Shown: piece after piece, positions 14,916 to 22,776 of the stretch
Layout of the letters: each line of letters begins with the position of its first letter
Position numbering within the stretch: the stretch's first letter is position 1
Origin: Candidatus Saccharimonadota bacterium
GTDB lineage: Bacteria; Patescibacteriota; Saccharimonadia; UBA4664
Direction: 5' to 3'
DNA length: 24,000 nucleotides
Assembly (NCBI GenBank): GCA_029288275.1
Contig: JARIHM010000085.1
Location: 15,379-39,378, forward strand
Position numbers and translations under genes: made by a program
The notes under the pieces: generated by a model
What the model saw: the letters and a program-made list of their open reading frames with translations, nothing else
What the model was told of the DNA's origin: nothing
The model's database searches: none

Positions 14916-15383
14916 ATGGCTATGATATCAACTGGGATTGCACAAGCATCTGATCTAAGGGCAATCTATGAACTTGGCCAGACAGTGGCTGAGTTTGAGG
15001 TAAACGATCAGACCGTGGGATTCTGGCCTCAGGCCGTGGTAGCCGATGCCATTACAAGCACTGATGTACTCGTAATTGTGGCCCGGAATGATCGGGAAGA
15101 ATTAATTGGGTTCATCATTGCAAATTTGAATAAAACGCTACGCAAAGTTCTTATTGAGAACTTGGTTGTGGCTCCGCATGCCCGGGGGCGTAAAGTAGGT
15201 GGGGTAATGCTGGCTCATCTAGTGGCAATTGTTTCGGGCTCGGGGTATGAGTACCTGGCGGCTCTTGTGCCGCTGCAGGCCGAGAGTGCACTGCGAGCCT
15301 ATGGTGAGGCGGGGTTCTCCCGTGGACACAGCTTTGTGTGGCTTGATCGTACACTATCGCGGCATTTTCGGCGGTCAGGATAG
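14916..15383 (+). CDS. GNAT family N-acetyltransferase
   Basis: LIENLVVAPHARGRKVGGVMLAHLVAIV..., AYGEAGFSRGHSFVWLDR. Confidence 0.8.
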   Translation: MAMISTGIAQASDLRAIYELGQTVAEFEVNDQTVGFWPQAVVADAITSTDVLVIVARNDREELIGFIIANLNKTLRKVLIENLVVAPHARGRKVGGVMLAHLVAIVSGSGYEYLAALVPLQAESALRAYGEAGFSRGHSFVWLDRTLSRHFRRSG

Positions 15384-15385
15384 AT

Positions 15386-15916
15386 ATGCAAGGGCTGGCA
15401 ATGATACTCATAATGCTGGCCGCGATAATCTTGGCGGGGTATGGGCTGCATGGCTACTACTTGGTGCGCAACCAGGTGCCGCTGGTGCGGCTGCCCTGGC
15501 CTGCGGTACAGCCGGTGCTGCAGGCACTTGAGCCGGCGGATAATGCTGTGCTGTACGATTTAGGCTGCGGCGATGGTCGGGTTTTGCGAGCGGCCTTGGC
15601 AGCTGGAGTGTATGCGCAGGTCGTGGGTATTGAGAACAACGTAATGGCCTGGGCTTGGGCGTACCTCCGGCTAGGCCGGCGGGGACGGGTTATTTGCGGC
15701 AACCTGCTGCATCAGGATGTATCCTCAGCCACTCGGCTGGTAGCGTATTTGAGCCCAGAGCTCATGCAGCTGCTAGAGCCGAAGCTGGTCCGCGAGCTGC
15801 CAGCTGGTGCGCGGCTGGTATCGGTGCAGTTTCCCCTGGCACGGCCGGCCAGCCGCATAATTGAGCTGCCGGATGCTCCAGCACATGCTCAAAGGCTCTA
15901 TGTGTATGATTTTTAA
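15386..15916 (+). CDS. Class I SAM-dependent methyltransferase with N-terminal transmembrane segment
   Basis: N-terminal hydrophobic helix; motif [14 protein letters not shown]; VVGIENN; GNLLHQD. Confidence 0.8.
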   Translation: MQGLAMILIMLAAIILAGYGLHGYYLVRNQVPLVRLPWPAVQPVLQALEPADNAVLYDLGCGDGRVLRAALAAGVYAQVVGIENNVMAWAWAYLRLGRRGRVICGNLLHQDVSSATRLVAYLSPELMQLLEPKLVRELPAGARLVSVQFPLARPASRIIELPDAPAHAQRLYVYDF

Positions 15917-15942
15917 TCTACAATAGAGTCAGGAAAACGCTT

Positions 15943-17100
15943 ATGCCTAAAACAATTACCACAGCTCAAGATATCGCTACACTGGGAACGATCCTGGGCG
16001 TGTGGGCGCATCCGGACGATGAATCGTTCGTGGCGGCCGGTATCCTGGCTACCGCTGCTCGCAACGGCCAGACGGTAGTGTGCGCCACTGCGACGGAAGG
16101 CGAGGCGGGCATTCAAGATATCACCAAATGGCCAGCCGAGACTCTTGGCGCCACCCGGGTGGCCGAACTGCGGGCGGCACTGGCGGTTTTGGGCGTAGAG
16201 CAACACGTGTGGCTGGGGTACCCAGACGGGGGCTGTGCTGAAATTAGTCAAGCCAAGGCCGTTGCGGGTATCCGTTCCCTGTTGCGGCGGTTCCAGCCTG
16301 ATACGGTTATCACCTTTGGTCCTGACGGTCTTACGGGCCACCCGGATCACTGTGCGGTATCACGTTGGGCCACGTTGGCGGCTGGCTCGGTACGGCCGCG
16401 GCCGCGCTTGTTTTACGCCGTTCACACCCCCGAGCAGCACGAGCACTTTAAACCGGCCGATGCGCGCCTCAATATCTTTTTCAACATTGATCAGCCACCG
16501 CTGCGGGCGGCCGAAAACTGCGTCATCGCCTATGAACTGCCGCGCGACATTATGGCACTCAAGCATCAAGCGTTTAAGGTAATGCCCTCGCAAACGCAGA
16601 AATTGTTGCGTGTGCTAACTCCACGGGCCTTTTATCGCGCCTTTGGGGCCGAATATTTTGTAGAATATAATCCTCAGGAGGACGAGCCCATGACTGATAG
16701 CGATACTATGAAGCACCAACCCGAATCCTACTGGAAAGGCAAGCTGACACCCGAGCAATATCATATTATGCGCGAAAAAGGCACGGAGGTGCCGTGGACG
16801 GGTATTTACGTGGACAACCACGCGTCGGGTATGTATCGGTGCGCGGCTTGCGGCCAGGAGCTATTCTCGAGTGAGACAAAATTCGACAGCGGTTCTGGCT
16901 GGCCGAGCTTTTATGATGTAGCGGCCACCGGGCGAGTAGAACTGCACGAGGATAGTTCGGCCGGCCTGCAGCGCACCGAAGTAACTTGTGCGAACTGTGG
17001 CGCGCACTTGGGCCATGTATTCCCTGACGGCCCGGCTGATAAGACCGGTCAGCGCTATTGTATTAACTCGGCGGCGCTCGATTTTAAGGCTGCCAAGTGA
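15943..17100 (+). CDS. PIG-L/LmbE family deacetylase fused to methionine-R-sulfoxide reductase (MsrB)
   Basis: [24 protein letters not shown] (PIG-L); [44 protein letters not shown] (MsrB). Confidence 0.92.
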   Translation: MPKTITTAQDIATLGTILGVWAHPDDESFVAAGILATAARNGQTVVCATATEGEAGIQDITKWPAETLGATRVAELRAALAVLGVEQHVWLGYPDGGCAEISQAKAVAGIRSLLRRFQPDTVITFGPDGLTGHPDHCAVSRWATLAAGSVRPRPRLFYAVHTPEQHEHFKPADARLNIFFNIDQPPLRAAENCVIAYELPRDIMALKHQAFKVMPSQTQKLLRVLTPRAFYRAFGAEYFVEYNPQEDEPMTDSDTMKHQPESYWKGKLTPEQYHIMREKGTEVPWTGIYVDNHASGMYRCAACGQELFSSETKFDSGSGWPSFYDVAATGRVELHEDSSAGLQRTEVTCANCGAHLGHVFPDGPADKTGQRYCINSAALDFKAAK

Positions 17101-17933
17101 CGCTACCCGAGCAACAAGGACCTTCTGAGCGTCAAGCCGACCGGCCCGGCGCTGTCTTTGATCGTGATCTAGAATTGGTCGAATCATTACCTGAGCCGGA
17201 GCGTGGCCGGTATGCGCTGGATATTTTCGAAGAAGTGAGAGGTGACCAGATTTCTTCACTCTATCGAGGCGAACGTGATTTACCAATAACGAACGGTCGA
17301 GAGACCTGGATGCAGCAGTACTATCTGTATGACATCGGCAGCTCAACGCCCGGCGAAGATATTCATACCATTCGTCCTGGCTACAGCGATAACTATCCGC
17401 TTACGGTAACGCCGGAGCATGCCTTTGGTAAGGTGGCCCAGGGCATGATGGTGGTGATTGACCGCGACCGAGGCCCTTACCTGCATATAGGCGCCAGTGA
17501 ATGCAGCGCTCTGATTGCCGTCCAGCCAGACAAGCTCTGGGTGGCGCATGTGTCATACTCAATGACAATTGCAGCCGAGCAAGTAGTAGAACAGATGCGC
17601 CAGGCTGGTGTAACAGCAGACCAGCTCTATGCCGTGGCCTCGGTTGGGGCCTACCAGGAGCAAATGGCTGCGGCTCGCTCGGGTGAGTTTGCTAGACGCT
17701 TGACTCTGGATGATTATGCTCGCTTAGGCGTGGCGCCTGATCATCTGGCTAGCTTCGAGTGGTCAGTTGATCCTGATAACCCAAACATTAATCACAACCT
17801 GGCACGGATCCTCGTGAGTAATCAATCGGCCTATGTGAAGCTGGCCGACTATCGAAGCGAGTTGCAGGCCGGTTTCATGCGTGATGAACAGATCGGCCCC
17901 GATCGTGAGCTCGTGCTAGAATGGCCTCGATGA
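17097..17933 (+). CDS. Hypothetical protein, 278 aa
   Basis: GTG start overlapping the upstream TGA stop (GTGA); remote resemblance to a laccase-domain pattern only. Confidence 0.8.
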   Translation: MTLPEQQGPSERQADRPGAVFDRDLELVESLPEPERGRYALDIFEEVRGDQISSLYRGERDLPITNGRETWMQQYYLYDIGSSTPGEDIHTIRPGYSDNYPLTVTPEHAFGKVAQGMMVVIDRDRGPYLHIGASECSALIAVQPDKLWVAHVSYSMTIAAEQVVEQMRQAGVTADQLYAVASVGAYQEQMAAARSGEFARRLTLDDYARLGVAPDHLASFEWSVDPDNPNINHNLARILVSNQSAYVKLADYRSELQAGFMRDEQIGPDRELVLEWPR

Positions 17934-18727
17934 CCAATCCGCGGCTGCAAGAATTTCGCGACACTATCTGGAATTTCTATCACGATCACGGCCGTGATCT
18001 GCCTTGGCGCCATGATCCCACGCCATATCAGGTGCTTATTAGTGAGGTGATGCTGCAGCAGACGCAGGTAAGCCGGGTGCTGGTGAAGTACGCCGAGTGG
18101 ATGCGGACGTTTTCGGACTTTGAAACTCTGGCCCGTGCGAGCGTGGCCGAGGTGTTGACGGCTTGGCAGGGCCTCGGATACAACCGGCGGGCGCTCTGGC
18201 TGCAGCGGGCTACCCAGATGGTAGTGAATGACTACAGCGGAGTGCTACCGCGCGATCCATCGGTGCTCGTGATGCTGCCGGGCATTGGGCCTAATACCGC
18301 CGGGAGCATCGCGGCCTTTGCCTACCAGGAGCCCACGGTTTTTATTGAGACCAATATTCGGCGAGTGTTTTTGCATGAGTTCTTTGCTGATCAAGAGAGT
18401 GTGGCCGATGCCGAGCTGCGACCACTAATTGAGGCGACCGTCGACCCGGAACACCCCCGCGAATGGTACTACGCGCTTATGGACTATGGCGCGGATCTAG
18501 CCAAGCGCGTGCCCAATCCGAACCGCCGTAGTAAACATTACAATGTTCAGGGTAAGTTTGAGGGTAGCGTACGTCAGATCCGGGGCGAGGTACTGCGCCA
18601 GCTGCTGGAACGGCCCCGAAGACTGGGCGAGTTTGAGGTCGCCGATGAACGGTTGGCGGCCGTTTTGGCGGCGCTCGTGAAAGAAGGTTTTGCTGTGCAG
18701 GAGGGCGATATTTATCGCCTTCACTAG
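17930..18727 (+). CDS. mutY: A/G-specific adenine glycosylase-like (MutY family), lacking the Fe-S cluster cysteines
   Basis: DLPWRHDPTPYQVLISEVMLQQTQV, LPGIGPNTAGSIAAFAY, FIETNIRRVFLHEFF; ATGA overlap with the upstream stop (track start 17921). Confidence 0.8.
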   Translation: MTNPRLQEFRDTIWNFYHDHGRDLPWRHDPTPYQVLISEVMLQQTQVSRVLVKYAEWMRTFSDFETLARASVAEVLTAWQGLGYNRRALWLQRATQMVVNDYSGVLPRDPSVLVMLPGIGPNTAGSIAAFAYQEPTVFIETNIRRVFLHEFFADQESVADAELRPLIEATVDPEHPREWYYALMDYGADLAKRVPNPNRRSKHYNVQGKFEGSVRQIRGEVLRQLLERPRRLGEFEVADERLAAVLAALVKEGFAVQEGDIYRLH

Positions 18728-18813
18728 TTCTGGTCCATAAAGGATGACACCTCTGGCAAACTCCGGTAATATCAGGCAGGCTACGTGTTGTCGACCTGTG
18801 CGAAGGAGCCGCA

Positions 18814-18996
18814 GTGGGCAATGTACCGAAGAAGGACGAGATCTGGGTCCACAACCTATCTGGTCAAGAGTTTAAAATCGTGAGCGTGAGCGAGGAAGAA
18901 GTGAGATTCCGCGGGCTCTACCGTAGTTCTGCTCGTCCGCTCCGCAAGCCGCTGCAAGAGTTTCTCGTTCATTACAGCAAGAAATTAAAAAAGTAG
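18814..18996 (+). CDS. Hypothetical small basic protein, 60 aa
   Basis: GTG start with GAAGGAG upstream; MGNVPKKDEIWVHNLSGQEFKIVSVSEEEVRFRGLYRSS... Confidence 0.6.
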   Translation: MGNVPKKDEIWVHNLSGQEFKIVSVSEEEVRFRGLYRSSARPLRKPLQEFLVHYSKKLKK

Positions 18997-19017
18997 AGCT
19001 GAGCCAGCGATTACAAT

Positions 19018-19048
19018 GTGGACCTACGGCCGATTGCCGTGGGTCCAC
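19018..19048 (+). other. Strong stem-loop upstream of the DUF3052-type gene
   Basis: GTGGACC-ta-CGGC-cgatt-GCCG-tg-GGTCCAC, no T-run. Confidence 0.6.
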
Positions 19049-19074
19049 CCTAAGGAATGATAAGCTAGAACCGT

Positions 19075-19470
19075 ATGGCCGGATATTCTGAACGACCGTT
19101 AATTGAAAAACTAGGCGTGCGGGCTGAAGCCCGGACGATCATTTTGCGTGCGCCCAAAGGCTACCTTGAGCTTATGCCCGAGCTGCCTGAGCGCGCTCAG
19201 ATGGTGACACGGCTGGCTGGTCTATTCGATTTTATGCAATACTTTGCTACCAGCACCGAGCAGCTGGAGGCCGTGTTGCCAAATTTGGTGCGGCATCTAC
19301 AATCGGACGGCATGCTGTGGATTAGCTGGGCCAAGCGCACCTCGCCACTGCATACAGGGCTGGCCGAACCAGCGGTACGGCGACTGGGCCTAGCGACTGG
19401 TCTGGTAGACGTTAAAGTGGCCGCCCTGACCGATGATTGGTCGGGGCTCAAATTCGTGTATCGATCCTAG
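19075..19470 (+). CDS. DUF3052-type protein, 131 aa
   Basis: MAGYSERPLIEKLGV...LWISWAKRTSPLHTGL...GLATGLVDVKVAALTDDWSGLKFVYR. Confidence 0.75.
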   Translation: MAGYSERPLIEKLGVRAEARTIILRAPKGYLELMPELPERAQMVTRLAGLFDFMQYFATSTEQLEAVLPNLVRHLQSDGMLWISWAKRTSPLHTGLAEPAVRRLGLATGLVDVKVAALTDDWSGLKFVYRS

Positions 19471-19496
19471 ACTTTATTTTTTATATATTGTATAGT
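19468..19496 (+). promoter_or_regulatory. Promoter for gene 19551-20069
   Basis: TAGACT-N17-TATAGT; the -35 starts at the TAG stop of the previous gene. Confidence 0.5.
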
Positions 19497-19550
19497 ATTT
19501 TTCGACTACGATTGTGTGGTCGCTCATTCCAACCCAGAGAAGGGATTCTC

Positions 19551-20069
19551 ATGAGCGCAACGACTCACTTGCCGGCGGTTGTGACCGAAGCAGGCGGGGC
19601 ACTGGTAAGCGTTCTCAGCTGGACTCAGTACACCGAATTGTCGCCCCAGGTGACCTATGCCCTGGGCCGGCTGGTGGGCGAGCACCCTGACCTCAACACC
19701 GAGCAGCGTGTGGATCTGCTGGCCGATATGGCCCACCACCACGGGTCTTCGTTCGATGCGGAGTTCCTGGAGCTGCTCGAAGAGTACACGCCGGAGCTGG
19801 TTCACCTGGCCATCGACACTCTGTACGAATGCGCTTACCGTGATCGTCAGGGTGGCAAGATGGCCGACCTGGAGGGTCTGGCCAAGTTCATTCAGGCTGC
19901 TGGTGAGTACGGCCGCGAGCTGACGACCGTTCATGGCGTCAGCGTGTTGCTGGAACGCCTGGGTGGTCTGGAAGTGGTGGTTGAGTACTCACTCACCGAG
20001 ATCGAGCAAGCGCTCGATGGTTTGGACGAAGCCGACAGCAGGGGAGGGTATGTTGAGGAGCTCATTTGA
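19551..20069 (+). CDS. Hypothetical acidic helical protein, 172 aa
   Basis: ATG preceded by GAGAAGGGA; coupled to the downstream J-domain ORF. Confidence 0.75.
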   Translation: MSATTHLPAVVTEAGGALVSVLSWTQYTELSPQVTYALGRLVGEHPDLNTEQRVDLLADMAHHHGSSFDAEFLELLEEYTPELVHLAIDTLYECAYRDRQGGKMADLEGLAKFIQAAGEYGRELTTVHGVSVLLERLGGLEVVVEYSLTEIEQALDGLDEADSRGGYVEELI

Positions 20070-20970
20070 GATCCTAGGAGTACCTCGAGGACTGGTGCGC
20101 CGGGCCCTTGAGGCCGATGCGCTGGACACGCTTGCATCGGTTATCAAGCGTTATCACCGTGTCCTCTTGCACGAATACCATCCCGACCAGCCTACGGGTG
20201 ATGCTCAACTGCTGGATGAGGTGGTCAAAGTCTACAAGCAGCTCCAGGACCCAATCGCGCTAAAGTTTGAGGCTGAGCTCTACGTGAAGGATGGCCTGGC
20301 GCCCAAGACCGCTGCGGCCAGCTCGAAGCGTCAAGCTCAGCGCGATGACCGTGTTCGCGAAGCCCTGGAGACAATGCTTCTGGTTGTGGACCAGCAGTGC
20401 ATCCTGGGCGCTTCCGGGCCGGTGCGGTTCTTTGTCGGACTGGACGTCTCGGGCTCGGACTTTAGCGGGAGCTACGAGGAAGGCCTGGCCGGAGAGCTGA
20501 GCGCCCATGCGCTCACTCTGGCGCGGACTCTGCCCATAGCCGACCCGACTGGGCTTGACGGGGCTGATAAGCTGGTCTTCGATGGCCGTCCTGAGTTCGA
20601 TATCCAGGAGAACCTCTGGCGCGACGTTGCTTTCGTTAACCCAGAGGTTAATTCCGAGAGCCGCAGCTGGCTTCACCGCCAGACGGTGCCGCTTCCTAGC
20701 GATATCAGGCTGGCTGGGGCAGTGGCCAAGGGGCTGGCGGCGGATCTGTGGGTATCGCTGTACGGAGCGCGTGGTTCCGGTCCGTCGGCTAGAGGCGCGC
20801 TCCCTGGCGGCCGGCTCCAAGGCTTAGCCTGGGCGCCGTTTGGCCAGTGTTGGTGGGCGCCGTTGTTGCAACCGCGGGCTGCCCTGGGCGATCATCTGGT
20901 CCTCGTGAGGGATGGCGAATCCCCGCTCTACACATTGACGGGCCGGCTCTTAGCCTGCGAGCCAATGTAG
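20050..20970 (+). CDS. Divergent J-domain (DnaJ-like) protein with unknown C-terminal region
   Basis: SFEILGV...VIKRYHRVLLHEYHPDQPTGDAQLLDEVVKVYKQLQDP with HPD tripeptide; likely start at 20050 rather than 19933 because upstream sequence is antiphase in 19551-20069. Confidence 0.7.
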   Translation: MLRSSFEILGVPRGLVRRALEADALDTLASVIKRYHRVLLHEYHPDQPTGDAQLLDEVVKVYKQLQDPIALKFEAELYVKDGLAPKTAAASSKRQAQRDDRVREALETMLLVVDQQCILGASGPVRFFVGLDVSGSDFSGSYEEGLAGELSAHALTLARTLPIADPTGLDGADKLVFDGRPEFDIQENLWRDVAFVNPEVNSESRSWLHRQTVPLPSDIRLAGAVAKGLAADLWVSLYGARGSGPSARGALPGGRLQGLAWAPFGQCWWAPLLQPRAALGDHLVLVRDGESPLYTLTGRLLACEPM

Positions 20971-20976
20971 CACGTG

Positions 20977-21003
20977 GCCCCCTGTCGTAATGCGACAGGG
21001 GGC
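20977..21003 (+). terminator. Rho-independent terminator
   Basis: GCCCCCTGTCG-taatg-CGACAGGGGGC followed by TTTCCTTTT. Confidence 0.85.
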
Positions 21004-21054
21004 TTTCCTTTTGGTCCTGTGCTCGGTACAGTGCTTAGGTAACGGCAAATCTTC

Positions 21055-22053
21055 ATGTACGAATCGCTCCACAATCATACAACTGCCTCGGACGGCGCTC
21101 AGACGTATGCCGAAGTACTAGCTACGGCCGCGACCGCCGGTTTCGGCGTGATGGCTTTTACTGATCATGACATGCTACCAAGCCACGCTGAGCTGACGGC
21201 GCTCAAGGCTTACACGGGGCCGGTTAAGTGGTTGATCGGCTGCGAAATTTCGAGCGGTTTGCCGCGGGAACTAGGCGGTGGTGTGGCCAGCATGTTTCAT
21301 ATTTTGGGCCTCTTTACCGATCCGACCAATCAAGCATTACGGGAGCATTGCCGTCAGGCGTTGGCCGCCCGTACCGAGCGTATGGAGCGCATTGTGGCTA
21401 ATCTGCGCGGTCTCGGTTTTACCATTAGTGTGGATGACTGCCTGCGTGCTTCGGGTGGCGAGAGCGTGGGCCGGCCACATATTGTGAAAGCGCTGGGTGC
21501 CTACCCGGCGAATGCCGTCATTATGGCCGACATCAAGGCTCAAATGGAGGCAGCGGCTGTCACCAACGCCAGCGTGGCCATGGACTATATGCGCATGCTA
21601 GAGCGTGATCCCAGCGATTATCCTTACCGGCTCTTCCTGAGCGACGACGCCTTTATCCCCGGTGTGTACGTTGATTATTTGTACTCAATCGACATGGACG
21701 CTAGCGTAACATTGATCCGCGAGGCCGGTGGCATGGCCATTTTGGCGCATTGGCCAACCATTAAGCGTAAGGTTAATGCCCAGATGGTGGAGCAATTCTT
21801 GCGCGATGGCCGCCTCGACGGCGTGGAGCTACGCAGCGGCTTCTTTGATAGCGAAGTGGAAAGTGCGGCTCGCCAGCTGACCGCCATGGCCGAACGTACC
21901 AACGCCATCACCACCTTTGGCATCGACGGCCACCGCGAGGAAGACATCCTGCGCTTTGGCCGCGATGCGCTACTGGCCAACCAAACGATTGGCCAAACGG
22001 CTCAACTAATTGAGCGCTTGCAGCCCGATTTGAGCTGGAGTAATCTGAGTTAG
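21055..22053 (+). CDS. PHP domain metal-dependent phosphoesterase family protein
   Basis: SLHNHTTASDGAQTYAEVLATA, AFTDHD, WLIGCEIS, GRPHIVKAL, ILAHWP, FGIDGHRE. Confidence 0.88.
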   Translation: MYESLHNHTTASDGAQTYAEVLATAATAGFGVMAFTDHDMLPSHAELTALKAYTGPVKWLIGCEISSGLPRELGGGVASMFHILGLFTDPTNQALREHCRQALAARTERMERIVANLRGLGFTISVDDCLRASGGESVGRPHIVKALGAYPANAVIMADIKAQMEAAAVTNASVAMDYMRMLERDPSDYPYRLFLSDDAFIPGVYVDYLYSIDMDASVTLIREAGGMAILAHWPTIKRKVNAQMVEQFLRDGRLDGVELRSGFFDSEVESAARQLTAMAERTNAITTFGIDGHREEDILRFGRDALLANQTIGQTAQLIERLQPDLSWSNLS

Positions 22054-22082
22054 CCCGAGTTCTCTCACGAGAGGTGCCTTCG

Positions 22083-22244
22083 GTGGCTCGCAAGAAAAAA
22101 GGAAAAAAGACGGGCTTTAAGTGTAGTAGCTGCACGCACGACGTTTATGCGTGCGGCGTAAGCGGCAATAATCATACCGACTGTAGTAACTGTAATGGCA
22201 AGCTGGTTGTCTGCGCCAACCGAAAGTGTAGTACTAACAGGTGA
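22083..22244 (+). CDS. Cys-rich zinc-knuckle-like microprotein, 53 aa (VARKKKGKKTGFKCSSCTHDVYACGVSGNNHTDCSNCNGKLVVCANRKCSTNR)
   Basis: GTG start with GAGAGG upstream; not in ORF track; seven Cys including two CxxC pairs. Confidence 0.65.
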   Translation: MARKKKGKKTGFKCSSCTHDVYACGVSGNNHTDCSNCNGKLVVCANRKCSTNR

Positions 22245-22327
22245 TTTCTACCGTTGCGCACGATCGTTTCGCCTGATATAACATCCTAGCAAGGGGAGAC
22301 CCTAGTCCTTCTTGAGAGGAAAGAAAG

Positions 22328-22471
22328 ATGAGTGAGGCGGATCGACGCCAGCTTCTTCCAGCGGACCTTGGGCGGGTCTTGACTCAGCCGGCCCGTCGAC
22401 GGGTTCCGCGCTCACGAGCCGCTGGCCGGCCGGAACACAAGCTTACTCCTCACAATGAGGTCAAGCGCTGA
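22328..22471 (+). CDS. Hypothetical basic microprotein, 47 aa (MSEADRRQLLPADLGRVLTQPARRRVPRSRAAGRPEHKLTPHNEVKR)
   Basis: ATG preceded by GAGAGGAAAG; not in ORF track. Confidence 0.5.
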   Translation: MSEADRRQLLPADLGRVLTQPARRRVPRSRAAGRPEHKLTPHNEVKR

Positions 22472-22476
22472 ATGGG

Positions 22477-22692
22477 GTGAACCAGATGGCTGGTAACCAC
22501 AGCCGGGCATGGCACGACGCTAACACGGCGGTCGACGAAGCGCAGCGGGCGTATGATGACGCCAAGCGGTTCTATGGCGACGATTCGAACAACGCCTGGA
22601 GGATCAACGATGCGGCCACGGCGCTGACGGCCGCCAGGAACAATTTCAACACAATCAACCGTGATCCCAATCAGGCCTGGGATCAGTCGTGA
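22477..22692 (+). CDS. Hypothetical small helical protein, 68-71 aa
   Basis: GTG 22477 or ATG 22486; MAGNHSRAWHDANTAVDEAQRAYDDAKRFYGDD...; followed by a terminator. Confidence 0.6.
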   Translation: MNQMAGNHSRAWHDANTAVDEAQRAYDDAKRFYGDDSNNAWRINDAATALTAARNNFNTINRDPNQAWDQS

Positions 22693-22696
22693 AATT

Positions 22697-22725
22697 GGCC
22701 CGAACTCTCCTAGAGGGTTCGGGCC
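22697..22725 (+). terminator. Rho-independent-like terminator
   Basis: GGCCCGAACTCTC...GAGGGTTCGGGCC then TCCTTTCGCCTTTTG. Confidence 0.7.
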
Positions 22726-22764
22726 TCCTTTCGCCTTTTGTTCGCGCGGTATCTGGCAAAGAGG

Positions 22765-22770
22765 TATAAT
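22765..22770 (+). promoter_or_regulatory. Candidate -10 box (TATAAT) of a leaderless dnaG transcript
   Basis: TATAAT-agagcc-ATG. Confidence 0.5.
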
Positions 22771-22776
22771 AGAGCC

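Noticed and set aside
19933-20049. N-terminal extension of the J-domain ORF
   Set aside because: It lies out of frame inside the 19551-20069 CDS; the plausible start is ATG 20050 with nearby GGGGAGGG.
22310-22327. GAGGAAAG string resembling the RNase P RNA 5' motif
   Set aside because: Not followed by the conserved GTCCGGGCTCC context; it acts as the SD of a small ORF.
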